Below, one piece after another: positions 25,384 through 39,933 of a stretch of 64,000 bases of DNA. Origin of the DNA: Mobula hypostoma (Eukaryota). The stretch is taken from contig NC_086108.1 of the NCBI RefSeq assembly GCF_963921235.1, forward strand, positions 16,802,001-16,866,000. The letters are read 5' to 3'. A model generated the notes under the pieces. It was given only the letters and a program-made list of their open reading frames with translations, made no database searches and had not been told where the DNA came from. A program made the position numbers and the translations under genes. Each line of letters opens with the position of its first letter. Within the stretch, counting starts at the first letter, position 1.

Positions 25384-26227
25384 CAGGTGCACATTCCTTT
25401 ATCTGAAATTCTGAAATCCAAAAAGCTCCGAAAACTAAGTTTTTTTCGCCAACAGCTGATGTCACTCAGGTGTGACGTGACAGCACTAGCAGAGGCCGCC
25501 AGACGTCAGTTGTGGCTCAGCGCTCGTACTGGTTACACGTGCATTTACCGTTCACTGATATTTTGTGTTCACTGTTGACTTTGTGTTTAATTTCACTGTG
25601 AAAATACCAAAAAGAGCTGCAGATACCCCTATGGGTAACAATAAGAAAAAGAGAAGGAAGCATCTATCATTATCAATAATGCAGAAAGTGGAGTTATTGC
25701 AGAAGCTTGATCGTGGTGCGTCTGTGTGGCATCTTACTGAAGAAAATAGTGTCGGAACTACCACTGTATACGATTTAAATAAACAGAAAGACAAGTTACT
25801 GAAGTTTTATGGTGACAGTGACATTCTACATTTATTCCAATAAGTCATTTACCATGTGTTTGATTCGGTTCGTTTGAAGCTGTATATTTTTATGTTTTAT
25901 TGAATGCTTTTGATGGAAATAATATTTTCTGTCATTATTCCCTAAACAATACAGTATAACAACTATTTACATTGCATTTACATTGTATTAGGTATTATAA
26001 GTAATCTAGAGATGATTTAAAGTATACAGGAGGATGTGCATAGGTTTGGTGCACTGTCGGCTCCTAAAGTCCACCACACTGAGACAGGTTAAATAAGGGA
26101 CTTGAACCTACGTGTTTTTTGGTATCGGGTGTGGCGGGGGGGGGGGGGGCAAGTCTGAAATCTGAAAAATTCTGAATTCCAAAATGCAACTGGCCCCGAG
26201 GATTTCAGATAAGGGATTGTGGACCTG
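25384..26227 (+). mobile_element. Non-autonomous Tigger/pogo element (844 bp) with transposase N-terminal HTH remnant
   Basis: 26-bp TIRs with 3 mismatches; TA TSD; peptide KRKHLSLSIMQKVELLQKLDRG..VGTTTVYDL (CENP-B-like HTH). Removal restores the RTE frame RRFQAITKVKE. Confidence 0.92.
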
Positions 26228-27323
26228 TATTACCAAAGTGAAAGAGAGCATTCTGAGAGACTTCCTCTTTGCCGATGACTGTGCCCTGTATGCTGGCTCG
26301 GAGCCAGAGATGCAAGTCCATATGGACAAATTCTCCACGGCTTGTGCTAACTGGACTCACCACCAACATCAAAAAGACCGAAGTCATGCACCAGCCTGCC
26401 CCTCATACACCGCACACAGAACCGAAAATCACAATCAAAGGACAGAAACTACAGGCAGTTGACCAGTTTACTTACCTTGGCAGCACCCTCTCCCGAGCAG
26501 TGACTATTGATACAGAAGTTAACTGCAGAATAGCAAAGGCAAAGACTGCGTTCCACTGTATGGGAACGCCAAGGAATTAGTCCAGTAACAAAACTGAAGG
26601 TCTATAGAGGTGTGGTACTCACTACCTTCCTGTATGCCTGTGAAACGTGGACTGTGTATGGAAGGCATGCAAGACAGCTCAACCATTTCCACATGACTTG
26701 TTTTCGCAGAATATCAGGCATCAGATGGCAAGACAAAGTACCAGACATTGAAGTTCTCTCTAGAGCAAGTCTACCATCAGTCTACACACTGCTGATGAGA
26801 GCAGAGACCCGGTGGGCAGGTCATGTCATCCGCATGCCTGATGAGCGCACACCCAAGCAGCTTTTTTTTGGGGAAAACTCTGCTGGAAGACGCTCGCATG
26901 GAGGGCAGAAGAAACGTTACAAAGACACACTAAAAGCCTCCCTGAAGCCACTTGACATAGACACTACCACCTGGGAAACGCTGGCACAAAATTGCCCTAC
27001 CTGGTGCGGTCTTATCCATAAGGGCTGTCAAGCTTACAAAGCAAGGCGCATTGCTGAAACTCAACATAAGCATGAGCTGCGCAAGTCCAGACCCACCAGT
27101 GTAGCAACTGCAGTGCTTACACATGACTGCCCAACATGTGCCAGGACATTTCGTGCACGAATTGACCTGACCAGTCATCTTCAGATACACTGCATCCAGT
27201 CTCAAAAGTGACTAATGATGTCGAGGTCTTCATCGATGACAACGATGGATGAACAACAGTTACAGATAAGTATCATCCAAAGCTTTAATCAAGAATTAAC
27301 AAAATTCTAGCAACAAAACGTAA

Positions 27324-29700
27324 AGCCCGAAACGTTGACGGTACTTTTTTCCATAGATGCTGCCTGGCCTGCTGAGTTCCTTCAGCATTTTCCCTAGATT
27401 GGCATCTCCCTAGAGAAAGGGGTTTAGATGGGGTGGAGTTTGTTAGGTGTGTTCAGAAAGGTTTCTTGACACAATATGTAGATAAGCCTACAAGAGGAGA
27501 GGCTGTACTTGATCTGGTATTGGGAAATGAACCCAGTCAGGTGTCAGATCTCTCAGTGGGAGAGCATTTTGGAAATAGTGATCACAATTCTATCTCCTTT
27601 ACCGGACAGGAACAGGCAAGTTAGGAAAGCATTTAATTGGAGTAAGGGGAAATATGAAGCTATCAGGCAGGAACTTGGAAGTGTAAATTGGGAACAGATG
27701 TTCTCAGAGAAATGCACTGAAGAAATGTGGCAAATGTTCAGGGGTATTTGCGTGGAGTTCTGCACAGGTACGTTCCAATGAGACAGGGAAAGGATGGTAA
27801 GATACAGGAACTGTGGTGTACGTTATAAATCTAGTCAAGAAGAAAAGAAGAGCTTACAAAAGGTTCAAAAAACCAGGTAATGATAGAGATCTAGAACATT
27901 ATAAGGCTAGCAGGAAGGAGCTTAAGAATGAAATTAGGAGAGCCAGAAGGGGCCATGAGAGGGCCTTGGCAGACAGGATTAAGGAAAACCCCACAGCATT
28001 CTAGAAGTATGCGAAAAGCAAGAGGATAGGACCAATCAGGTGAAACAATGGAAAGGTTTGTATGGAACCGGAGGAGATAGCAGAAGTACTTAATGAGTAC
28101 TTTGCTTCAGTACTCATTACAGAAAAGGATCTTGGCAATTGTAGGGATGACTTACAGCGGACTGAAAAGCTTGAGCATGTAAATATTAAGAAAGAGGATG
28201 TGCTGGAGCTTTTGGAAAGCATCGAGTTGGATAAGGCATCGGGACTGGACGAGGTGTACCCAGGCTACTGTGGGAACTGAGGGAGGAGATTGCTTAGTTG
28301 CTGGTGATGATCTTTGCATCATCAATGGGGACAGGAGAGGTTCTAGAGGATTGGAGGGTTGTGGATGTTACTCCATTATTCAAGAAAGGGAGTAGAGATA
28401 GCTCAGGAAATTATAGACCAGTGAGTCTTACTTCAGTGGTTGGTAAGTTGATGGAGAAGATGTTGAGAGGCAGGATTTATGAACATTTGGAGAGGCATAA
28501 TATGATTAGGAATAGTCAGCATGGCTTTGTCAAAGGCAGGTCGTACCATACGAGCCTGCCTGAATTTTTTGTGGATGTGACTAAACATGTTGATGAAGGT
28601 AGAGCAGTAGATGTAATGTATATGGATTTCAGCAAGGCATTTGATAAGGTATCCCATGCAAGACTTATTGAGAAAGTAAGGAGGCATGGGATCCAAGGGG
28701 GCTTTGCTTTGTGGATCCGGAACTGGCTTGCCCACAGACGGCAAAGCGTGTTTATAGACGGGTCATATTCTGCATGGAGGTTGGTCACCAGGGATCTGTT
28801 CTGGGACTCCTACTCTTTGTGATTTTCTGTAAATCACGAAGTTCAACCCAGATAAGTGTGAGGTGGTTCAGTTTGGTAGGTCAAATATGATGGCAAAATA
28901 TGGAATTAATGGTAAGACTCTTGGCAGCATAGAGGATCAGAGGGATGTTGGGGTCCGAGTCCATAGGACACTCAGAGCTGCTGCGCAGGTTAATTCAGTG
29001 GTTAAGAAAGCATACAGTACATTGGCCTTCATCAATTGTAGGATTGGGTTTAGGAGCTGAGAGGTAATGTTGCAGCTACACAGGACCCTGGTCAGATCCC
29101 ACTTGGAGTACTCTGCTCAGTTCTGGTCACCTCACTATGAGAAGGATGTGGAATCCATAGGAAGGGTGCAGAGGAGACTTACAGGGATATTGCCGGGATT
29201 GCGGAGCATGCCTTATGAGAATAGGTTGTGTGAACTTGATCCTTTTTCCTTGGAGCGACGGAGGATTAGAGTTGACCTGATAAGAGGTGTATAAGATGAT
29301 GAGAGGCATTGATCGTATGGATAGTCAGAGGCTTCTTCCCAGGGCTGAAATGGCTAGCATGAGAGGGCACAGTTTTAAGGTGCTTGGAAGTAGGTACAGA
29401 GGAGATGTCAGGGGTAAGTTTTTTTATGCAGAGAGTGATGAGTGTGTAGAATGGGCTGCCAGTGATGGTGGTGGAGGCGGATATGACAGGGTCTTTTAAA
29501 AAACTCCTGGACAGGTACATGGAGCTCAGGAAAATAGAGGGCTATGGGTAGCCCTAGGTAATTCCTAAGGTAAGAAGATGTTTGGCACAGCTTTGTGGGC
29601 CGAAGGGCCTGTATTGTGCTGTATGTTTTCTATGTTCCTATGTTTCTGTGTTTTGTGTGTGTTGCTCGGATTTCCAGCATCTGCAAATTTTCTATTGTAT
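27324..29700 (+). mobile_element. PLE pLTR fragment (27324-27391 and 29651-29700) interrupted by a CR1
   Basis: GCCCGAAACGTTGAC...CAGCATTTT on the left continues as GTGTGTGTTGCT..CCAGCATCTGCA on the right. Confidence 0.7.
27392..29650 (+). mobile_element. CR1 LINE, truncated, internally deleted, disrupted
   Basis: PTRGEAVLDLVL, NYRPVSLTS, DFSKAFDKV, HLEYSAQFWSP; TATGTT-type tail. Confidence 0.9.
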
Positions 29701-32700
29701 GCAATAACAAAGATGATCTGAATCCCTGAAAAATCTCTCCACAAAAATTATACCTGGACAAAGACCCTCTTAAACTACTGCCCTTCTTCCAATCTCTTTC
29801 CTCTCTAGCAGCTTACAATATATTACTGATTCCCACAATCACACCCTCTATTCCCAGAACTTCCACCTAAATTTTACCAATTGGGTGTTCACAGTTTGCA
29901 TGGTACAAAAACACAGCATAACTTCGATACAAGGTACAGAAACAAGCCTTTCAGTTCAACTCGTCCATACCAGTGCTTATGCTCTACTCAAGCTTCCTTC
30001 TGACTTTCTGCACAACAAAAACTTTCCACTCTGGGGATAAATGTCTGACAAAACTTCTAACATTCAATCTGTTTTAGTTACAGTCATTGCTGAAAGTCTA
30101 CTTTTGCAAAGGTGACTAAAATGGAATGGGAGTAGGATTTTGAATGCAAGTTCAGCAAGCTTTGGATATTCTATATTGACCTTTTTCTTGATGAAGAGAG
30201 CAATGTGTTGCTTGAGCATCCAGTGCAACTTGCATCATCCATGATGAATGTCTGCCTGAAATTACGCCTGCTCCATCAGTACATATTTCAATGAAGTGGT
30301 CCCATAGCTCAGAAAATATCAGCACCAGTTATACTTTGTGACAGTAATTTGCATCATAACTATTGCAAATCACTGAGCTGTTTGCAATTTCAATTTTATT
30401 CAAAAACTTAAGTGGTTTATATCCTTTTTCTCTTAAAAATATGCCTTTTAATCTAATCTGATAAAGAAGTTTTCGAACAGCTCTCATCTACGTCACTAAT
30501 TACATCCTTTGACTATGGCAAAGATAATTTCTCTCTCTTTTCATCCCTTCAAATTGACTTTAACACATTGACCAGACTCCCTGCCTCCTATACTTCTCCA
30601 CTGTCAATCAGATGATTGGAACTATGCTGGCCTTGTTTCATTCTTATTCAATCATTCCCAGAGAATCACCCACCGATGCTTCACTTTCTATGTCAGAGGA
30701 CACCTCTGGAGCCCTCAGTAATCTACCTTTAGCTATTGATTGGTCTCCAAACATGTGATGTGCTTCAGTGATATCTTCAGAAAGCACAGTGTCAATTTTC
30801 CCATCCAACTCTTAACTCACCACCATCTCTCTTGATTGTTCCATTGTTCATATCCAACTTCCAGTTGGGAATTGCACAAGTTCACTCCCATTCAATACTG
30901 GGAAGAATTAAACCACTGATTTTAGGCCTCACCATAAACCTCACTTACCTATGACCAAATCACTGCCCCTCCCAGGCAACTGTCTGACATTGAATCAGGT
31001 TATCTGCATCCTTGGGAGTGTACTCTAACTGAACTAGATATAGATAACTCCACAAAATCTAATAGGACAAGTTACTTTTACTGCTGAAACACTGTCAAAC
31101 TTCGTTCCTGCCTTTCAACTCCTCTACGGGTGTCCAATGGAATAATTCTCTAAAGATAACATCATAAGATATAGGACCAGAACTAGGTCATTTGGCCCAT
31201 CAAGTCTGCTCCACTGTTTCATCATGGTTGATCAATTTCCCTCTCAACCTCATTCTCCTGGCTGCTCTCCATAACCTTTGATGCGCTGACTAATCAAGAA
31301 CCTATCAACCTCTGCCTTAAATACACCATAGCCTGTGGCAATGAACTCAGTTGGAACAAAATGAACAGGTACAATTAAAACATAATAAATTGATACAAAT
31401 AAGCTCCCACATCTATGACCAAAAAATGGGTTAAGTATTCACAATAGCCCAACTCTGATCTCTCTGCATCTGGTAAGCTGTATTGCTGCAGTGATGTCCA
31501 GTTTAAGTTTGAGATGCAGCACCTCATTTTCTGACTAGGCACATTACAACTTTCAGAAATTAATACTGACTTTATCAGTTTCAGATAAAACCTCTTTGTC
31601 ACAGAAGTGATTGTACCTTTGCTTCATTTTGTTATGCTCATTTGTCTGTAGATCGTTTTGTTCCGCCTGCTGATTTTGAAAGGAACTGTGACCTGACATC
31701 AATCCTGCTCTCTCTACCCCCTTCTAAGAATAAAAGAACATAAGAAAATAGGAGCAGGAGTTGGGCAGCTCTCCAGGAATGCACTATTGCTCAAAATAAT
31801 TATGCCTGATTTGGCCTCATCTCAATTTATATATGTAACTTTCCAATTCTGATGAAGGACTTTTGACCAAACACATTGATTCTGTTTCTATATTCACTAA
31901 TGTCACCTGACATGCTGAGCATCTGCAGATTTTCTCTTATTTGTAATGCCAAGCACTTTCATTATTCTAAGACCTTTCTTGCAAATACCAGTATTTGCAG
32001 TTTATTTTGATCTAGCTATTACAATTACTATTGTGTCATCATAATCCAAACTTCAATATACAAGACATACATTACAAAGTTAAGACTAGTTTCCAAACCT
32101 TGGAACCTACCACAAAAGTCCTCTATAATACTATAATATCAACCATACTGTCAACGACTGAGATTTCCAACAAGACTTTGTTATCTCTAGACAAATATTC
32201 CAATAGACACCTGGCTAGTTCCTCTTATTTTTGCTTCCTGTGACTTATGGGTTCTCCAAAATCCTGTGGCCAATGTACTAATCCTCCCCAAGGTCTGTTC
32301 ATCAATCACCTCTGATCTTGTCAACTTACAATGGTTACTAATTCAATAACACTTTGCAATTAAAATTCTCATCATTTCAAATTCCTCCAATAACCACAAC
32401 CATTTTCCTTTATATGAGATACGACTCTAGACATAGTAATGATTTTTTCTTCTCTTCTTTGCCAATGATTTCAGTTTTACCAGAGCCCCTCGATGCCGCA
32501 CACAGTCAAATGCTATTTTGATGGCAAAGACCATTAGATCATAAGACATCGGAGCAGAATTAGGTCATATGGTCCATTAAGTCTGCTCTGCCACTCAATC
32601 ATGACTGATTTATTTTCCTTCTCAATCCCTTTCTCCTGTCTTATCGCCATAACATTTGATGCCCTCACTAATCAAGAAGCTATCAATCTCCAATTTAAAT

Positions 32701-32920
32701 GTACCCAATAACTTAAGTCTCCACAGCAATCTATAGCAATGAATTCCACAAATTCAGTACCCTCTAGCTAAAGAAATTCCTCCTCATCTCTGTTCTAAAG
32801 GGACATCCTTGTGTTTTGATGCTGTGCCCTCTGGCCCCCACTACTGGAAACATTCTCTCCGTGCCCACTCTACCTGCGCCATTCATATTCGATTGGTTTC
32901 AGTGAGATCCCCCCTTATTC

Positions 32921-35900
32921 CCCCTTAGAAAGGACCGTCTGCACCTGGGCTGGACTAGAACCAATGTCCGAGGGGGAGCGTTTGCTACTGTTGTTCGGGA
33001 GGATTTAAACTAATGTAGCAGGGGGATGGGAACAAGTGCAGAGAGACAGAGGGGTGCAAAATGAGGGTAGAAGCAAAAAGTAGTAAGGTGAAAAGTAAAA
33101 ACGGCAGGCCGGCAAATCCAGGGCAAAAATCAAAAAGGGTCACTTTTCAACATAATTGTATAAGGGCTAAGAGTGTTGTAAAAGCAAGCCTGAAGGCTTT
33201 GTGTGTCAATGCAAGGAGCATTTGTAACAAGGTGGATGAATTGAATGTACAGATAATTATTAATGAATATGATATAGTTGGGATCACAGAGACATGGCTC
33301 CAGGGTGACCAAGGATGGGAGCTCAACATTCAGGGATATTCAATATTCAGGACGGACAGACATGAAAGAAAAAGAGGTGGGGTGGCATTGCTGGTTAGAG
33401 AGGAGAATAACACAATAGAAAGGAAGGACATTAGCCGGGAGGACGTGGAATCGATATGGGTAGAGCTACATAACACTAAGGGGCAGAAAACGCTGGTGGG
33501 AGTTGTGTACAGGCCACCTAACAGTAGCAGTGAGGTTGGGGATGGCATTAAACGGGAAATTAGAAATGCCGCAATAAAGGAACAGCAATTATAATGGGCG
33601 ACTTCAATCTACATATAGTTTGGGTGAACCAAATTGGTAAGGGTGCTGAGGAAGAGGATTTCTTGGAATGTATGCGGGATAGTTTTCTGAACCAACATGT
33701 CGAGGAACCAACTAGAGAGTCGGCCATTCTGGACTGGGCAGTGATCAATAAGGAAGGGTTAGTTAGCAATCTTGTCGTGAGAGGCCCCTTGGGTAAGAGT
33801 GACCATAATATGGTGGAATTCTTCATTAAGATGGAAGGGTAACTTTGAAGGTAGGAGACATCAATTAGCCAAGATAGACTGGCAAATGATACTTAAAGGG
33901 TTGATGGTGGATATGCAATGGCAAGCATTTAAAGATCGCATGGATGAACTACAACAATTGTTCATCCCAGTATGGCAAAAGAATAAACCAGGGAAGGTAG
34001 TGCACCCATGGCTGACAAGGGAAATTAGGGATAGTATCAATTCCAAAGAAGAAACATACAAATTAGCCAGAAAAAGTGGCAAACCTGAGGACTGGGAGAA
34101 ATTCAGAGTCCAGCAGAGGAGGACAAAGGGCTTAATTAGGAAAGGGAAAAAAGATTGAGAGAAAGCTGACAGGAAGCATAAAAACTGACTGTAAAAGCTT
34201 TTATAGATATGTAAAAAGATTGGTTAAGACAAACGTAGGTCCCTTACAGTCAGAAACAGGTGAATTGATCATGGGGAACAAGGACATGGCAGACCAACAG
34301 AATAACTACTTTGGTTCTGTCTTCACTAAGGAGGACATAAATAATCTTCTGGAAATAGTAGGGGACAGAGGGTTTAATGAGATGGAGGAACTGAGGGAAG
34401 TACATATTATTAGGGAAGTGATGTTAGGTAAATTGAAGGGATTAAAGGCAGATAAATCTCCAGGGCCAGATGGTCTGCATCCCAGAGAAGTAGCCCAAGA
34501 AATAGTGGATACATTAGTGATAATTTTTCAAAACTCTTTAGATTCTGGATTAGTTCCTGAGGATTGGAGGGTGGCTAATGTAACCCCACTTTTTAAAAAA
34601 GGAGGGAGAGAGAAACTGGGGAATTATAGACCGGTAAGCTTGACATCAGTAGTGGGGAAAATGCTAGAGTCAGTTATCAAAGATGTGATAACAGCACATT
34701 TGGAAAACGGTGAAATCATCGGACAAAATCAGTACGGAATTGTGAAAGGAAAATCATGTCTGACGAATCTCAGAGAATTTTTTGAGGATGTAACTAGTAG
34801 AGTGGATAGGGGAGAACCAGTGGATGTGGTATATTTGGATTTTCAAAAGGCTTTTGACAAGGTCCCACACAGGAGATTAGTGTGCAAACTTAAAGCACAT
34901 GGTATTGGGGGTATGGTATTGATGTGGATAGAGAATTGGTTGGCAAACAGGAAGCAAAGAGTGGGAATAAACGGGACCTTTTCAGAATGGCAGGCGGTGA
35001 CTAGTGAGGTAATGCAAGGCTCAGTGCTAGGACCCCAGTTGTTTACAATATATATTAATGACTTAGACGAGGGAATTAAATGCAGCATCTTCAAGTTTGC
35101 GGATGTCACAAAGCTGGGCGGCAGTGTTAGCTGTGAGGAGGATGCTAAGAGGATGCAGGGTGACTTGGATAGGTTAGGTGAGTGGGCAAATTCATGGCAG
35201 ATGCAATTTAATGTGGATAAATGTGAGGTTATCCACTTTGGTGGCAAGAACAGGAAAACAGATCATTATCTGAATGGTGGCCGATTAGGAAAAGGGGAGG
35301 TGCAAAGAGACCTGGGTGTCACTGGGTGGGCATGCAGGTACAGCAGGCAGTGAAAAAGGCAAATGGTATGCTGGCATTCATAGCAAGAGGATTCGAGTAC
35401 AGGAGCAGGGAGGTACTCCTGCAGTTGTACAAGGCCTTGGTGAGACCACACCTGGAGTATTGTGTGCAGTTTTGGTCCCCTAATCTGAGGAAAGACATGC
35501 TTGCCATAGAGGGAGTACAAATAAGGTTCACCAGATTGATTCTTGGGATGGCAGGACTTTCATATGATGAAAGACTGGATCAACTAGGCTTATACTCTCT
35601 GGAATTTAAAAGATTGAGGGGGGATCTGATTGAAACGCATAAAATCCTAAAGGGATTGGACAGGCTAGATGCAGGAAGATTGTTCCCGATGTTGGGGAAG
35701 TCGAGAATGAGGGGTCACATTTTGAGGATAAAGGGGAAGCCTTTTAGGACCGAGATGAGGAAAAACTTCTTCACACGGAGAGTGGTAAATCTGTGGAATT
35801 CTCTGCCACAGGAAACAGATGAGGCCAGTTCATTGGCTATATTTAAGAGGGAGTTAGATATGGCCCTTGTGGTTAAAGGGATCAGCGGGTATGGAGAGAA

Positions 35901-36009
35901 GGCAGGTACAGGGTTGAGTTGGATGATCTGCCATATTCGTACTGAATGGCGGTGCAGGCTCAAAGGGCCAAATGGCCTACTCCTGCACCTATTTTCTACG
36001 TTTCTATGT
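32921..36009 (+). mobile_element. CR1 LINE with near-complete ORF2 (APE and RT), disrupted, nested in an older minus-strand CR1 tail
   Basis: VNARSI, GITETWL, VYRPP, GDFN, SDH (APE); ORFs 34220-35353 and 35326-36069 (RT and C-terminus); TSD TTATTC at 32915-32920 and 36010-36015. Confidence 0.92.
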
Positions 36010-36792
36010 TTATTCTTCCAAACTCCTGTGAGTACAGGTCCAGAGTCATTAATGGTCCTCATACATTAACCCATTCATTGCCAGGAATCATTCTCATAGT
36101 AATATTATTAATGAGACAATAATACCTTGATTAGTCCTAATGAAGGATCTCAGCCTGAAATGTCACATGTTTATTTCCCTCCATAGATGCTGTCTGACCT
36201 GCTGAGTTCCTCCAACATTTTGTAAGCTGCTCAATAGTTATCTTGATATGCTCATTCTTTTGGTGGAGGTCCTGAATATAAACAGTATCCCCTACTTCTA
36301 CTTTTTCACTTCATGAGTGGTTTTGATCAAGTGGCATGGTGACATGCAATCAAGTTTGACATGCATTTTTTGTGTTTGGAATGCTGTTTCTCAATAGAGT
36401 TCTGTTGGGCTCAATACTAGGCCTCTTGCCTTTTGTAACAAACATTATTAACTTAGACTTAAATGACATTTGCATGTTTTTTTTAAAAAAATGGCCATAC
36501 AGTTAACAGTAAAAATGAAACTTTGGACTGCAGTAGGATATTGATGGACTGATAACGTGGGCAGAAAAATGGTGAATGGAATTCTATCCAAGGGATGAGA
36601 GGTAATCCAGAGGATGTGCAATAAGGCAAGGGAATACACTATAAGGAGGAAGATACACTCAATTATGGAAGATCAGTGGCACTTTGGAATTTATGACTAA
36701 AAGGAGAAAGACAGATCAATGGCATGGTTAATATATAAATGATTTTTCCTTTATTAGCTTAAGAAAAAAGGGGGCCACATGGGCAGAGCAAA

Positions 36793-37600
36793 GTGATGAT
36801 GGCGCTATATGGCGACTCCTTTGCTTGCATCTTTGGAAACAACTCTATTTCCATCTTTAATATCTCTATTCATCCCTTTCAGGGTTCTTTTGAAGACCCT
36901 GACCTGGAGTTACACGCAGGCTACGGGTCTTTGTGGGAATGGGACCCGCCCTCAGAGTTTCATAACCGGCCACTGCTTGGCACGCCAAGGGTTCGGCCTA
37001 AGAGTTCAGCTCAGCTTTGGAGGCCTAGGATCTCAGAGCTCTGGAGATGGGTGGATCGAAGGTCGTGTCATGGCTGGAGACCCGTGTGTCATCAGGGAAG
37101 TCGGAATATCTACGGCTGTGTGCCCAGAGACTCAAGATCTCTGGGCACAGAGCTCGAAAAAAGTGACGTAACAGACATCGTAAACCAGCAAGTTGTTTGT
37201 TATGTCTCTCTGCTCGCTGTGAAACAGAGACACCTCTTTCTCCCTTATTAGGGAGAGAGAGAGAGAGAACCTGTGGTATGTCGAATGCCAGGTGAACAAT
37301 GTAATTTTTGGGGTAACTGCAAGTCTGTGTCTTTACTGTTGCTTTGCTCACTCCTGAGTGCTGAGTGCCGGGTGCCGATGCTTTTTTTTGCTGGTGGGGA
37401 GTAGGGAGATTGTTGCTTGCTGCCACCTGTGCACCAGAGGGAGGGGAGCTGGGGGGGGGGTGGTCTTTGGGGTTCTAACATTTAACTGCTGTTCATTCTT
37501 TGGGACACTCCTCTGTTTTCATGGATGGTTGTGAAGAAAAAGCATTTCAGGATGTATACTGTATACATTTCTCTGACATTAAATATATGTTTGAAAACTT
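36793..37600 (+). mobile_element. Non-coding LINE-derived element with GATGATGGCG 5' end and Rex1-like tail
   Basis: Starts GTGATGATGGCG; ends TTCAGGATGTATACTGTATACATTTCTCTGACATTAAA; lies inside an old CR1 relic. Confidence 0.45.
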
Positions 37601-38535
37601 TAAAACACAAAATATAACATTCTGCTAAAAAACTAGCTGGCCACAACTTAAGTTCCACGTGGAAGTTCTGGTTATCACATCACATGAATGATATGATTAC
37701 TATAGAAAGATTTATGATTGGAAATTTTAAACCACTAAAAGATATTACACTACATTTTGTTTTGTCTGGAACAGAAACTAATTGGAGATTTAATAGAGTA
37801 GTATAATATCTAAAAGGGGACCACATAGAGGAAATAGGAAAGACATTTAATGTGTCAAAAAAGGGGCAGAGACACAATTAATGAGATCAGAGATGAGGAA
37901 AAATATTTCTATCCAGAAAGTGGCAGGGGTTTGAAATTCACTGAAAGGTGAAAGAAGCATAAATTTTCTTTATATTTAAAATCTACTTGGTTCTGCAATT
38001 GAAGAACCACAATCTTTGGAGCTACAGAGCTTGTGCTGCAAGGTGTTATTAACCTGGATAGCTATTTTCGGACTGGCTCAGGTAGAACTGATAGAACCTT
38101 CATCTCTGTCAAGAACTTTATATCATTCTATAGTTTATTATTTTCTACAATAAACTGAAAAAAAAATTCTAGATATTGGTGTCAAATCCTGCTAGTAACT
38201 CCAGTTGTCCCAGGTAATTTCAATTTTGAAAGTTGCAAAATAACACTGTGGATCTGGCTGCAAGTTTCAATCACAGTACCAAAGAACACACATAACTAAA
38301 CTATTCATATTGTCTCCAAGAATATCAGCATGATTAACTTTTGTTGTGAAATGAATTTCTTCTTAGATCTAATCCTCGAAGCTGACTGGAGTCAGAGAGT
38401 TTGGAACTGTCAGATGATTAACAATGAAACCACAGGAAATCCAGCTTTGTAAGATCAGATGCAAAGGTATGTATCAACAAATCAGGTGTCCAGATTTAAA
38501 GCCTTATAAAAAATTGAGAAATGAGTAACAAAATA

Positions 38536-39933
38536 CAAACCCCATTTCCAGAAAAGTTGGGATATTTTCCAAAATGCAATAAAAACAAAAATCTCTGATA
38601 TGTTAATTCACGTGAACCTTTATTTAACGGACAAAAGTATAAAGAAAACATTTTCAATAGTTTTACTGACCAACTTAAACATACAGAAATTTAGAATTTG
38701 ATGGCTGCAACACACTCAACAAAAGTTGGGACAGAGGCATGTTTACCCATTGTGTTACATCATCTTTCCTTTTAATAACACTTTTTAATCGGTTTGGAAC
38801 TGAGGATACCAATTGTAGTAGATTTGCAATTGGAAATTTTGTCCATTCTTGCTTGATATTAGACTTCAGCTGCTCAACCGTCCGCGGTCTCCGTTGTCTG
38901 ATTCTCCTCTTCATGATGCGCCATACATTTTCAATAGGAGATAGATCTGGACTGGCAGCAGGCCAGTCAAGCACACACACTCTGTGTCTACAAAGCCACG
39001 TTGTTGTAGCCCATGCAGAATGTGGTCTGGCATTGTTCTGCTGAAATAAGCCTGGACGTCCCAGGAAGAGACATCGCCTTGATGGCAACATATGTCTCTC
39101 TAAAATCCTAATATACACCTCAGAGTCAATGGTACTCTTCACATACATGCAACTCACCCATGCCATGGGCACTGATGCACCACCGTACCATCACGGATGC
39201 TGGCTTTTGCACCTTTCGCTGATAACAATCTGGATGGTCGTTTTCATCTTTGGCACGGAGAACTCAATGCCTGTATTTTCCGAAAACTAGCTGAAATGTG
39301 GACTCATCTGACCACAGCACACGGTTCCACAGTCTTTCAGTCCATCTGAGATGAGCTCAGGCCCAGAGAACTCGCCGGCGTTTCTGCATAGAGTTGATGT
39401 ATGGCTTCTTCCTTGCGTAATACAGTTTCAAGTTGCATTTCTGGATGCAGCGACGGACTGTGTTAAGTGACAACGGTTTTCCGAAATACTCCCGATCTTG
39501 CGTTGAGAAATGTTCCTTTTGAACTGACTAACAATTCTCTCACGAATTTTGGCACAAAGGTGTGAGCCACGACCCATCCTTGCTTGCAAAGACTGAGCCT
39601 TTGATGGATGCTACTTTTATACCCAGTCATGCTACCTGCTACCAATTAGCCTGCTTAATGTGGAGTCTTCCAAACCGGTGTTACTTGAATATTGTGTGCA
39701 CTTTTCAATCTCATTTCAACTCTGTCCCAACTTTTGTTGAGTGTGTTGCAGCCATCAAATTCTAAATTTGTGTATATTTACAAAATACAATTAAGTTGGT
39801 CAGTAAAACTATTGAAAATCTTTTCTTTGCACTTTTGTCAGTTAAATAAAGGTTCACGTGAATTAACATATCACAGATTTTTGTTTTTATTGCATTTTGG
39901 AAAATATCCCAACTTTTCTGGAAATGGGGTTTG
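38536..39933 (-). mobile_element. Tc1 (DD34E) transposon with long TIRs, internally deleted and inactive
   Basis: TA-CAAACCCCATTTCCAGAAAAGTTGGGA...TCCCAACTTTTCTGGAAATGGGGTTTG-TA; about 200-bp TIRs with an internal direct repeat; FQQNNARPH-(34 aa spacing)-SPDLSPIENVW, second catalytic D changed to N. Confidence 0.95.

Larger units (their letters stand above)
22089..27257 (+). mobile_element. Full-length RTE-clade LINE (APE endonuclease, RT, C-terminal C2H2 finger), disrupted, with two nested insertions
   Basis: TWNMRTL, LSETR, GDFNAR, HLIDYV, TDHRL (APE); PESQCGFR, KQGCVLAP, LFADD (RT); CPTCARTF..HLQIH; CAA-type tail. TSD AGTTACAGATA at 27258-27268; the left copy is split by the Rex1 insertion. 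Confidence 0.95.

Noticed and set aside
25565..25843. Domesticated TIGD/JRKL-like gene
   Set aside because: Short HTH remnant inside a TIR- and TA-bounded non-autonomous element.
29760..31130. Unique or coding sequence
   Set aside because: No ORF; parts look like very old L2-type LINE relics, too degenerate to call.
38367..38466. Possible host exon (TTCTTCTTAG acceptor, AAG/GTATGT donor)
   Set aside because: Stop codons in all three frames and no partner exons; a non-coding exon cannot be excluded.
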